IMG/VR virus record: IMGVR_UViG_3300047321_000298
Location: 1-64,000 of that record
Origin: a virus
Taxonomy: Duplodnaviria; Caudoviricetes
Length of the DNA stretch: 64,000 nt
Reading direction: 5' to 3' (one strand)
Shown: one piece after another, positions 53,935 to 62,614 of the stretch
Position numbering within the stretch: position 1 is the stretch's first letter
Layout of the letters: every line of letters begins with the position of its first letter
Notes under the pieces: generated by a model
Told to the model about the DNA's origin: nothing
Databases searched by the model: none
The model's input: only the letters and a program-made list of their open reading frames with translations
Translations under genes and position numbers: made by a program

Positions 53935-55829
53935 TATTTGTAATTCCCAAAACCCGGAAGCGTTGCGCGGCCCAGCTTTTGCACGTTAGCCCGACGCAGC
54001 TTCTCCTGATAGTGCGGGTCACCATCGACCTTCTTCGCGATCTTCATAATCTGATCGTGCGCACGGTGGCGACGGTCTGCCATCGCCGCAGAAGGGATGT
54101 GCCGAACCTGATCGGTTTTCGTCAGCGCCCACGCATCACCCGAATCACCGAAGTCACGTGAAAGCAGGGGCTTGCGGTACGCGCGTTGTTGCATGAGGTT
54201 TGCGCTCATCGACGTATGCTGGTTAGTCCGTTCGATCAATGCGGAGAGTTCCGGCTGCTCTGCGTCATCGATTTCACGCTCGTCATCATCGAACTCGTTG
54301 GAGAAATGATCCTCGCCTTCGTGCGACGTATCCTTGCCGGTGAATTCCTCCAGGCGCTGACGCAACACCTTGTCTTCATCGAGGTCGCGTACCAGCGCGT
54401 CCGGGTCGATCTTTGCAGCGGCCATCCACATCTTGAGAGGGATAGGGACGCCCTTTTCCGAAGCCATTTCGAGCAGTTCCATCATGTTCTCTTCGCCCTT
54501 CGCTTCAAGCTCCTTGTGCCAGTGAAGCTGCGGCATCTTGAGGTTCGAACGGTTGGCGCGGTTGAACAGGAAGTCCACAATCTTGCCGCTCTTCGCTTTG
54601 TTCTTCGGATCGACATACAGATCGTTGACCACAGCAATCAGCGGGAACAGCTTCGCATAGAAGACGCGGTCTGTCAGGTCTGTGCGGTAGCTATTCATCG
54701 TTTCGAGGAACGTTGAATATGCAGACTCTGCCGCCGCGTACGACGATTCGCCAGACAGGAACGACTCACTGATGCCCAGCGCCCGGAGCTTGTACGGAAC
54801 AAGCACATCGGCCATGTCCGTCCACTTCCAGAAATCGCCACCGGGTCGGATGTCTGCGGCCTGCACCGAATTACGTGTCGAAATCCATCCGCCCAACGGG
54901 TCGAATTCGGCCTGCTGGAACTGCGACACGAGCGCCTGGAGTTCTTCGCCGGTCGGAGTCCAGTTGTCATCGCCAGCCGTCAGGTGAGTCATCGCGCGCT
55001 GACGACGCTGAGCCTCAACAAGCGTCCCACGGAACAGCGTCTTTTCGATCAGATACATCGGCAAGATGCGGTGCAAGTAGGACGTGTATGCGCGGTCCGT
55101 TGTTGAACGGCGCGGGACGAACAGTGTGGTCACCGGGTCCAGCGTGAACGCGCCCGACTTCAGCATGTCCAGGAACTGCGGAGGCATCGAGTCGAGATAC
55201 TTACGCGCGTACTCTGACGTGTCGTGCATGAACTGCTGTGTTGACTGACCAACACGCACATTGATCGTCGGGTCGATACCCCAGAACGGGGAGGGGATCA
55301 CGGCGCAGGACAGCGCGTCATGAATCAGCGTGTCCATGAACTGCTTTGAACGTGGATCGAACACCAACGATCCGCAGAAGAAACCATCAGTCAGGTGAGC
55401 CGTCGATATCGTAGGCATCATCTGGCGGAGGTTCAGTCGGTCTAACGCCTCTTCATAGAACTTCAGTTCTTTCTCTTCCAGACCGCGCAGTTCCCAATCG
55501 GAGAACGGAAAATGCGACTGGATGTCCACAGACGAACCCGCTGTGTTATCGAACAGATACATATCCCGGTAGAACAGGGCTAGGGTAGAGGTGTCGATCA
55601 GATGCGGGTCTGCGGGGATGATACCCGTCATGTAGTACTGGTAGTTCGACTGCCAAAACCCGTTCACGGACATTGATGCGCCGCCCGATGTTCCGCTCAT
55701 ACCCATGCTTGCGGTCACCTGCGTCATCGAACGCGGGGACGCACGGTGTACGATGGTGTTCCCCGGTGATTCGCCCATCATGTTTATTGAGCCGTTTGTA
55801 ACGCCCAAAATGCGCTTCTTGCTGTACAT
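53934..55829 (-). CDS. Portal protein
   Basis: Likely ATG 55829 (SD AGGA); size and packaging-cluster position; KLRALGISESFLSGESSYAAAE clip-like region. Confidence 0.7.
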   Translation of the reverse strand: MYSKKRILGVTNGSINMMGESPGNTIVHRASPRSMTQVTASMGMSGTSGGASMSVNGFWQSNYQYYMTGIIPADPHLIDTSTLALFYRDMYLFDNTAGSSVDIQSHFPFSDWELRGLEEKELKFYEEALDRLNLRQMMPTISTAHLTDGFFCGSLVFDPRSKQFMDTLIHDALSCAVIPSPFWGIDPTINVRVGQSTQQFMHDTSEYARKYLDSMPPQFLDMLKSGAFTLDPVTTLFVPRRSTTDRAYTSYLHRILPMYLIEKTLFRGTLVEAQRRQRAMTHLTAGDDNWTPTGEELQALVSQFQQAEFDPLGGWISTRNSVQAADIRPGGDFWKWTDMADVLVPYKLRALGISESFLSGESSYAAAESAYSTFLETMNSYRTDLTDRVFYAKLFPLIAVVNDLYVDPKNKAKSGKIVDFLFNRANRSNLKMPQLHWHKELEAKGEENMMELLEMASEKGVPIPLKMWMAAAKIDPDALVRDLDEDKVLRQRLEEFTGKDTSHEGEDHFSNEFDDDEREIDDAEQPELSALIERTNQHTSMSANLMQQRAYRKPLLSRDFGDSGDAWALTKTDQVRHIPSAAMADRRHRAHDQIMKIAKKVDGDPHYQEKLRRANVQKLGRATLPGFGNYK

Positions 55830-55866
55830 GTGTTTAATCCTGTTGTTCGATGCACTCGTACACGGC

Positions 55867-56364
55867 TCATTGCCTTGACCTTCGCGCGTATCGGTTAAAG
55901 TCGGCATTCCGGAAGGCCAAACGTATGCATAGGTTCAGCTTTGTGTCAGAGGCGATTTCTCGGTATTCCGCACGTTGAACCATGCGCAGGGTGTACCTAG
56001 CGCTCGCACCGTTCTTGGCTATGAACTTACGGACAACGAAGATGCCAACGCCTTTCGGAATGTCGCCCTTGATCTTCTCGTAGGTCTTGGAACCAACTAC
56101 GAAAAACAATTTATTCGAGTAGTCCAGATACTTGGGCCACTTACCTGCACGGTGATCCACGTAAAAATCAGCGGGGCAGCTTTTGATTTCGCAGATGACG
56201 ACTTCGCCTCTCATGTTGACGGCGAGTAGGTCTGCACGCAGCGCCCCGCTTGGGTTTAATCCGACCTCCGCATTCACCGCATAGCACTTATCTGTGTAAT
56301 ACCTTCGCACCTGATCCTTCAGAAGCTGTGCGATATCCTTGCGGGTCATCTGTGTTTTGATCAT
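55867..56364 (-). CDS. MmcB-family PD-(D/E)xK nuclease
   Basis: RADLLAV..GEVVICEIKSC.ADF..D..KW.KY.DY..KLFFVV. Confidence 0.8.
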   Translation of the reverse strand: MIKTQMTRKDIAQLLKDQVRRYYTDKCYAVNAEVGLNPSGALRADLLAVNMRGEVVICEIKSCPADFYVDHRAGKWPKYLDYSNKLFFVVGSKTYEKIKGDIPKGVGIFVVRKFIAKNGASARYTLRMVQRAEYREIASDTKLNLCIRLAFRNADFNRYARRSRQ

Positions 56365-57050
56365 CGTTGAAGGAACTTCACCATGTCGTCTCGTATCTTT
56401 CCGTACTGATCCTGGAGGAACGCTGCGATACGTTCCCGGCTATCCAGTTGGACCTTTCGAAACTGTTTGTACTGTTCCTCGTCACCCACAACTTCCTTGG
56501 TATCGTGCGCGACCTTTGCATACTCGGTCATCACCTGCATCGCCATGTCCAGGAACGCGGGGCGCAAGATGTTTTCTGTTATGGCGACGCCTAGCGCGCC
56601 CCGATCCTTAGTTGATTGCAGATCGATCACAAGCTCACGAATCGTCTGAACCAGCCCGTTGTACGAGTGGACACCGTACCGGCCGTTCGACTCGTGAACG
56701 CCCTTTTCGACTTGCGCAATCAGGTTGATTGACGACTGAATCAGTCGCTTGTTGAGTTTGGAGATAGTGGAGTCATCATCGTCACCAGACTCCAGCAATT
56801 CGACCATCTCTTCAGCGTCGTCACCGAAAACGGTGCGGAGATTGGCGAGGTTCGACGGAGCGTCTGTCGCTGCTTTCTTACTCTTGCGCTCAGGCTCAAC
56901 GATCACCAGTTCTGTGCTCGCTTTCTTTTTCTTCAGACGGGGTTGGTCGTCATCATCGTCATCCAGCGACATCGTGGGGCGCTTGCTCTTCGGCTTGCGA
57001 TTAAGATTGAAGTCCTCATCGACTTCGACAGCAACAGACTTTTTCGGCAT
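56361..57050 (-). CDS. Putative terminase small subunit
   Basis: Charged disordered N-terminus plus helical core; lies between TerL and portal. Position-based call. Confidence 0.4.
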   Translation of the reverse strand: MPKKSVAVEVDEDFNLNRKPKSKRPTMSLDDDDDDQPRLKKKKASTELVIVEPERKSKKAATDAPSNLANLRTVFGDDAEEMVELLESGDDDDSTISKLNKRLIQSSINLIAQVEKGVHESNGRYGVHSYNGLVQTIRELVIDLQSTKDRGALGVAITENILRPAFLDMAMQVMTEYAKVAHDTKEVVGDEEQYKQFRKVQLDSRERIAAFLQDQYGKIRDDMVKFLQR

Positions 57051-57053
57051 GGC

Positions 57054-57293
57054 TTAGACTTGGGAATCAGGGATCGGTATTGCGATGCGGTGCTCGTCGC
57101 ACGTGAGTACCGGGAATCCGTTTGCGTGTGAGCGCTCCATCGGCTTGCGGCACTCCGGGCAGAGACCGGCACCGGCCACGTCGGCGGACATGTCGATACG
57201 CGCGTGAACCTTGGACGCAGATGATTCGAGCTTTTTCTGTTTGTCAGAGACGGTTGCAGATGCCGTCATAAATGCTGCTGGTATCTTTTTCAT
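57054..57293 (-). CDS. Small zinc-ribbon protein
   Basis: CPECRKPM..LTCDEH. Confidence 0.55.
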   Translation of the reverse strand: MKKIPAAFMTASATVSDKQKKLESSASKVHARIDMSADVAGAGLCPECRKPMERSHANGFPVLTCDEHRIAIPIPDSQV

Positions 57294-57520
57294 TTCAATT
57301 CCTTGGGTATATAAATCGTGTCCTTGCGCGGAGTCATTCCCTCAGGACATGCGAAGAACTGGAAGCGTGTGCCGTGGCGGTCACCGGAATTCCAATCCTT
57401 CGTTAGATCAGCTACCGCCCGATGCGCCGCGCGCTTATTCTTGTACTGCTTTGGTGTATCCCACCACCTACCGGTTTCAAGTGGGGTGTGTAGAACGCGG
57501 CACCATACGTACCATTTCAT
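57290..57520 (-). CDS. Hypothetical protein
   Basis: ATGA overlaps at both ends. Confidence 0.5.
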   Translation of the reverse strand: MKWYVWCRVLHTPLETGRWWDTPKQYKNKRAAHRAVADLTKDWNSGDRHGTRFQFFACPEGMTPRKDTIYIPKELK

Positions 57521-58134
57521 GCGGATGTCCTCGGTGTTCGTTTCTGTTTCGGCGGCAGGCGGGATGAGTTCTCTGCCTGCAGCATGACCTTGTGCGGGTC
57601 ATAATCGAGCAACGAACCGGTCCCCTTTTCCAGACCGAAGATGCCGATGAAACACGCGTCCAACTGGTGCGGAGTAATCGCGCATTCTGCGTACATAGCA
57701 TCGAGAGTCAGCGGATCAAATCGCCTGTTCCAAGCGTTCTTCCAGGTAGCGGCTGTGATTGCCTTGATCGGCAGTCTGTAGCCCCCTAGAAGCCCGACCA
57801 TGACCCCAACGTATTCGATCAGGGGCCCAGACTGTCCACGCGTCTGGAACCGCTCTACGACGATTCCATTAGGCTGGTACACTTGAACCCATTTGTCGAT
57901 TTCGGCAAGGAAGTCGTTGCGCTGCTGACCGTACGCAACCAGGTCAGAAATCGGCTTTGTTACCAGCGAGTTCGCAACGATCTTCACCTTGCCGTGTTCG
58001 TTGCACGCAACTACTGAAATTCCGCAGTTGCGCGAACCAGGGTCCAGAGCGAGCACACGTTTTGTTGCATCGAGCAAGCCCGAACTTTCCGGAAGTGTGT
58101 ATTCCTTGTTCGGTTTTATTGGTTTTTTCGGCAT
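57517..58134 (-). CDS. ruvC: RuvC-like Holliday junction resolvase
   Basis: RVLALDPGSRNCG, IVVERFQ, HQLDAC: RuvC acidic residues. Confidence 0.85.
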   Translation of the reverse strand: MPKKPIKPNKEYTLPESSGLLDATKRVLALDPGSRNCGISVVACNEHGKVKIVANSLVTKPISDLVAYGQQRNDFLAEIDKWVQVYQPNGIVVERFQTRGQSGPLIEYVGVMVGLLGGYRLPIKAITAATWKNAWNRRFDPLTLDAMYAECAITPHQLDACFIGIFGLEKGTGSLLDYDPHKVMLQAENSSRLPPKQKRTPRTSA

Positions 58135-58180
58135 CTCTTATAGACCTCAGGAAGATGCTATGAAATTAAAGCGAATCACC

Positions 58181-60391
58181 TCATCTGTATCGCTGGCCGT
58201 AGCGGTTAGCCATACCGGAACGTGACGCAAATCCTGGCATTGGCATGCCCACTCGATTCCCGTCGTAGTTGTACTTTCGAGCCTCAGACAAGCGCTCCAT
58301 GACCTTTTCGTTATGGATGCATTTAGTCAGCAGCACAATCGCCCGCCAGATATCGTCCGTGGTGTGTTCGCCCTTTTCGGGTGCCCGCGTCGGGCCCGCA
58401 TCGCGAACGGTCACTGCCTGCAACAGGAAGTGAGCCACGGGCTTATTCATCATTTCCGTACGGTAGTTCTCCACGCGTCCGTCCAGGATGAAATCGATGT
58501 CTATTTGCTGGACTGTCGGCAGTATCAGGTTCTTGTTCTCGAACATCGCACGTGTCGCCTCGAAGTCGGCACGCTTTGGCGAGTATTGCTTCGGCAAAGT
58601 CCGGGGTTTTCCATCCGGATTCAAGCCCATGTCCTGACGTATGCGGTACAGCAAATCAATCGACTGCCACTGGTCGGCACCGAGCCCCACGGCGTTCAGG
58701 TCCTTTGCCAACTTCAAAATCACTTCCTGATATAACAGGTTGAAGTTGATCTTTCGGCCCTCCGTAGGCATGCATTCGAGAATCGTGGATACGATGGTCT
58801 TGCCCGTATCGAAGTCGTAGTGCCCGCCAGTAATCACGAATGAGTTGTTGGTGTGCCCCGCGTCGATTGCGATCACGGAGGGGTAGCGGAACGTTCTGAT
58901 CTTCTCGATCTTTCCGTAGACCTCGCCTGCGATGTCGTACTGGTAAATGAAGTTGTGACTGTTGTTGCCGTTGACGAAAATTCCTTCTTTCATCGTAGAC
59001 GGCTGAATGAAACGCGAGTGCACGGCTGGCGGGTTCGCGCCCCAATCTCGCTCTGCCTTTTCATAATTAGAGTTATAGGCAGCGACGATCATGGGTGATT
59101 GTCGTGTGAAACCCGGGTTCACTTCCCAGGTTGGCAAGTTAATGCCTAAGATGGTTTCACGTCCTACGTCTGTCTCTTTCGATTCCTTCAGCAGGCGCAT
59201 CATCTTGTCGCGCATGGAGTAGGGGGAGGACACATTGAAGAGAACAGGTTTCGGGCAGGTGAAGTAGCCTTGTTTCATCAGGCTCTCATACACCATGTTC
59301 ATCGTACCGAGACTTGTGAAAAGCGATTTGTGAGCTTCGTCAGCGTTGGCACGCTCCGAAGTCTCGTCTTCTTCCGTGTCGCCCTTCGGCAAAGGGAAGA
59401 GACCCAACTCGTCCAGACCGGCGAAGATTCGCGTGTCACCACGGAGAACCGTTGAGCGCGGGCCAGACGGGTAGATAAAGAGGTTCCGGTGATGGAATCG
59501 CATGTACTCGGTTGATACCTTGTACAGTTCCTTGCCGTATTTCTCTTTGTAGTGATCCATGATTTCGAAGTACTGCTGAAACCACACAGAGTCTTCGATA
59601 ATCTTTTTATACGGTGCCCACATCAGACCACGGGCTTTACCAAACGTCAGGCTGACGAACGTACCAGTAAGTTCGGTTGACGACTGCATCAGCTTTGTGA
59701 GCGTAGCAATCGGCGGAAATTTCAGATGCTTGTGCGTCAAGTACGACGAGTACATAGCCAGAGTCAGCGACTTACCGGAACGCTGACCTAGGACGTTCGC
59801 CAACTGGATGTAGTCATTCAGACCATACTTACGTTTCAGCAGACGCTTCGACCGGCCGCAGTCAGGACACTTTCCCTTTTCCAGCAGTACGAGGTGGCGG
59901 GTGAGCTTACGGGTGTCGTAGTCCACCGGCACATTGTGGACATCTAGCCATTCTTTCTTCGAGCAGCAGGGGCACACTTCACCGAAGAGCATCAACCCAA
60001 TCCACATTTGCCGCGCGAACGGTGGATTGATCTTCTCGCCAAGAAGGTTGAAGCAGTAATCGAAGAAGTTTTTCGCCATCTTTAGATCGCGAGTATCAAT
60101 CTTCAGATCGTGCAGGGTCCCCGTCTCGTGATCTTCCGCCTCGTGCATGTAGCGACGGATGTCGAAGTCATCAATGGGGGAGCCGTCCGTGTCGTACCCG
60201 CCATCCTTGATGATATATTCCGTGTCCTTAACTTCCTTGACCTTGACGCCCCTTGGTGTGCTCTTGATCCGCTTTTTCTGAATGTCCTCCATCTGACTAT
60301 CCGACAGGAGCATCGGAAACAGAATGTCGGCTTTTGCCTTCATCAAGCGAGTCGTCGCATCGTCTACCTGGCTATAATCTACCTTTCTCAT
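58181..60391 (-). CDS. terL: Terminase large subunit
   Basis: Walker A GQRSGKS, Walker B AGLDELG, RNase H-like VIAIDAG and terminal DD..A; zinc-motif insertion before Walker A. Confidence 0.9.
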   Translation of the reverse strand: MRKVDYSQVDDATTRLMKAKADILFPMLLSDSQMEDIQKKRIKSTPRGVKVKEVKDTEYIIKDGGYDTDGSPIDDFDIRRYMHEAEDHETGTLHDLKIDTRDLKMAKNFFDYCFNLLGEKINPPFARQMWIGLMLFGEVCPCCSKKEWLDVHNVPVDYDTRKLTRHLVLLEKGKCPDCGRSKRLLKRKYGLNDYIQLANVLGQRSGKSLTLAMYSSYLTHKHLKFPPIATLTKLMQSSTELTGTFVSLTFGKARGLMWAPYKKIIEDSVWFQQYFEIMDHYKEKYGKELYKVSTEYMRFHHRNLFIYPSGPRSTVLRGDTRIFAGLDELGLFPLPKGDTEEDETSERANADEAHKSLFTSLGTMNMVYESLMKQGYFTCPKPVLFNVSSPYSMRDKMMRLLKESKETDVGRETILGINLPTWEVNPGFTRQSPMIVAAYNSNYEKAERDWGANPPAVHSRFIQPSTMKEGIFVNGNNSHNFIYQYDIAGEVYGKIEKIRTFRYPSVIAIDAGHTNNSFVITGGHYDFDTGKTIVSTILECMPTEGRKINFNLLYQEVILKLAKDLNAVGLGADQWQSIDLLYRIRQDMGLNPDGKPRTLPKQYSPKRADFEATRAMFENKNLILPTVQQIDIDFILDGRVENYRTEMMNKPVAHFLLQAVTVRDAGPTRAPEKGEHTTDDIWRAIVLLTKCIHNEKVMERLSEARKYNYDGNRVGMPMPGFASRSGMANRYGQRYR

Positions 60392-60393
60392 GA

Positions 60394-61101
60394 TCAGTCC
60401 AGTTGTTCAGACTCTTCGCTGATTGGTTTTCGTTTAGGCTTCGACGTTACCGGCTGCGGCTGCGTTGATGCTGATCGGCGCTCCGGTTCTGTTGGGTGGA
60501 GTATCATCACTTCCTTTTTCGGAGTGATCGAGCCGACGAGTTCAGGAACGAGCGTTTCCGGCACGCCCATGTATTTCGCGATGAACTGTGCCATCCGGTA
60601 GCCGTGTGCGTACCGCATCATTTTTTCGAACTGCGCGAACGGCTCCTGATCAATAGGGGCGTCCAGTGTTCGCTGAAGCACGTCCATCGCCTGCGTGGTG
60701 CCTGCACTCACAGCCAGCACCTTGGGGCCCATTTCCTTCGTGAAGAACGAATAGACCTTTTCAATGTTGGGCGTCAGCTTAGGCGGCAGTTCTTTCGCGT
60801 ACAGCTTGAGCTTCTTTTCAACTTCGCCGTTCACCACTTCCAGAGTGGTTGGTTGCACGCCTTGTTTAAGCGTATCCACCGACTCAGCGAACGAGGGGCT
60901 TAGATGGAAAAAGAAGCGCGAGCGTTTCTTTTGCTGGTTGTTCTTTTCGGGCTTTGGTTTGCGCTTCGGGGCAGGGTCATCTGCAGCACGCTTCGCTGAC
61001 GGCGTTGCGTACGCAATGTTAGCAATGGCCGAAAGCACGTCATCTGCATCCTGCTCCTGCTTCCTTGTCTGAAGAACCAAATAACTGCTGCTTCCGGCCA
61101 T
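60394..61101 (-). CDS. Hypothetical protein
   Basis: Coupled between recA and terL. Confidence 0.55.
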   Translation of the reverse strand: MAGSSSYLVLQTRKQEQDADDVLSAIANIAYATPSAKRAADDPAPKRKPKPEKNNQQKKRSRFFFHLSPSFAESVDTLKQGVQPTTLEVVNGEVEKKLKLYAKELPPKLTPNIEKVYSFFTKEMGPKVLAVSAGTTQAMDVLQRTLDAPIDQEPFAQFEKMMRYAHGYRMAQFIAKYMGVPETLVPELVGSITPKKEVMILHPTEPERRSASTQPQPVTSKPKRKPISEESEQLD

Positions 61102-61106
61102 TTCGT

Positions 61107-62525
61107 TTATTCCTCGTCGCTCTCTGCGGTCTTGCCAGCCTGACGTGTCAGGCTGAACAGTTCTTCTGCCTTGCCGGACCGCATCTGTTTGAAACAGTAT
61201 TTCCGCAAGTCGAACGGCTTGTAGCCGAGTTGATTACAGATTTCCGTTTTCTGTGCCTTGTCGCCCAGAATCCATTGCTTCAGAGTCAGCCAATGAACAG
61301 GCTTGGCTGTCGGTCCAAAACCGTCGATGTTGACCTTCAGCTTCTTGCGGTCGTTACCGACAATCTGTCCCGTCAACTGCATGTAGTACAGCGTGTCGAA
61401 CACAGGATCGATACCGCGAGCCTCACCCTTTTGGTCTTCAACCCAAAGGCGAATCCAGACCTTGCGATCTGGTAGCGAAAGCTTGTTTTTCTTGTTCTGG
61501 ATACGCACGTAGCGGTAGCGGTCCACGCCTTTACCATCGGCTGACTTCTCGATTTCGCGGCGCTCTTCCTTGTCCAACTGACCATTGAACGGAAAGCCTG
61601 AGGTCAGGGACGTGAACCACGAGCGTGCGTCACTGTAAAACTTGAGCGCGTTACCGCACGCTTCCTTTTCCTTCGGTCCGTACATGGCCATCGGAATTTC
61701 GCGCAACTGGTTCAAGCCGTACAGCGCGACCATCTTGTCAGCCATGCGCGCCTTGATCCGGGGCAGGTGCTTTGCGTAGAATCGTGCGTGAACGCCCAGC
61801 GAGTTATCTACTTCTTCCTCGTCGTTCGAATCCGGATTCAGCGCAGGCCACGAGTCCATAATGATCAGACCCTGGAGTTTGCCGTCCTTGGCTTTAACCC
61901 ACAGACCCTTACCGTATTTCCGGCGCATGGTTGCATCTGCAACATCGCCTACCATCGCTTTGTGTTTCTTGTTGTCCTCATCGAACACGAGCCACCACTC
62001 ATCGCCAACGTAGCGCTTGTCCGGCAGCATCTTCAGCGTCGAGTGAAACCAGTTGAAGAACCGTTCGCCAGACTTAGGGCTCATGTAACGAACGCGAGGT
62101 GTGATCACCCACTTGCCGCTGGTCTTGTCCTTCTTGCCGAACAGTTGATCGGTCGTGAGGTTCACGCCCATCGTGCGCAGAATGTTCGACACGTACGGAA
62201 TCGAATTGCGCGTTGAGCCTTCTGCGTCGGCAAAGACGATCATGTCGATGTTTTCCTGCACGGCCGATGCCATCACGTTCAGTGCCGCAGTCGTCTTCGA
62301 TGACTGCTCGAAGCCCGCGCCACCGTACATTGCCGGACGGACACCGCCACCCAACAGGTGGTCATAACACAGCAGGCCCGTTGACATCGGCTCCGAGACA
62401 TCATTGATGTCTGTATCGAGACCTTGCCGAGCACCGACCTCGTCAAGCGTGTCGTTGATCATCCCCGAAATATCGAAGTATGATGTTTCCTGCGTTGCTT
62501 CTTTCGCAACTTTTTTCGTCGCCAT
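61107..62525 (-). CDS. recA: RecA/UvsX-like recombinase
   Basis: STG...D.LLGGG, GFEQSSKTT (Walker A variant), DAEG, IIMDSWPAL, NQLRE..MYG, GNALKFYS. Confidence 0.88.
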   Translation of the reverse strand: MATKKVAKEATQETSYFDISGMINDTLDEVGARQGLDTDINDVSEPMSTGLLCYDHLLGGGVRPAMYGGAGFEQSSKTTAALNVMASAVQENIDMIVFADAEGSTRNSIPYVSNILRTMGVNLTTDQLFGKKDKTSGKWVITPRVRYMSPKSGERFFNWFHSTLKMLPDKRYVGDEWWLVFDEDNKKHKAMVGDVADATMRRKYGKGLWVKAKDGKLQGLIIMDSWPALNPDSNDEEEVDNSLGVHARFYAKHLPRIKARMADKMVALYGLNQLREIPMAMYGPKEKEACGNALKFYSDARSWFTSLTSGFPFNGQLDKEERREIEKSADGKGVDRYRYVRIQNKKNKLSLPDRKVWIRLWVEDQKGEARGIDPVFDTLYYMQLTGQIVGNDRKKLKVNIDGFGPTAKPVHWLTLKQWILGDKAQKTEICNQLGYKPFDLRKYCFKQMRSGKAEELFSLTRQAGKTAESDEE

Positions 62526-62549
62526 TCAATGCACCTGAGTTTGGGGTAC

Positions 62550-62590
62550 AAAAGAAAAGGCCCGCAGCCCTCAAGAGAGGGTCACGGGCC
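62550..62590 (-). terminator. Intrinsic terminator
   Basis: GGCCCG/CGGGCC plus CCCTC/GAGGG stems followed on the minus strand by TTTTCTTTT. Confidence 0.75.
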
Positions 62591-62614
62591 GGGTTTCAAT
62601 CGAGGGACTAACGA

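Noticed and set aside
58181-62525. Inteins in TerL or RecA
   Set aside because: No C/S...HN-C/S/T splice motifs or LAGLIDADG blocks; insertions are short.
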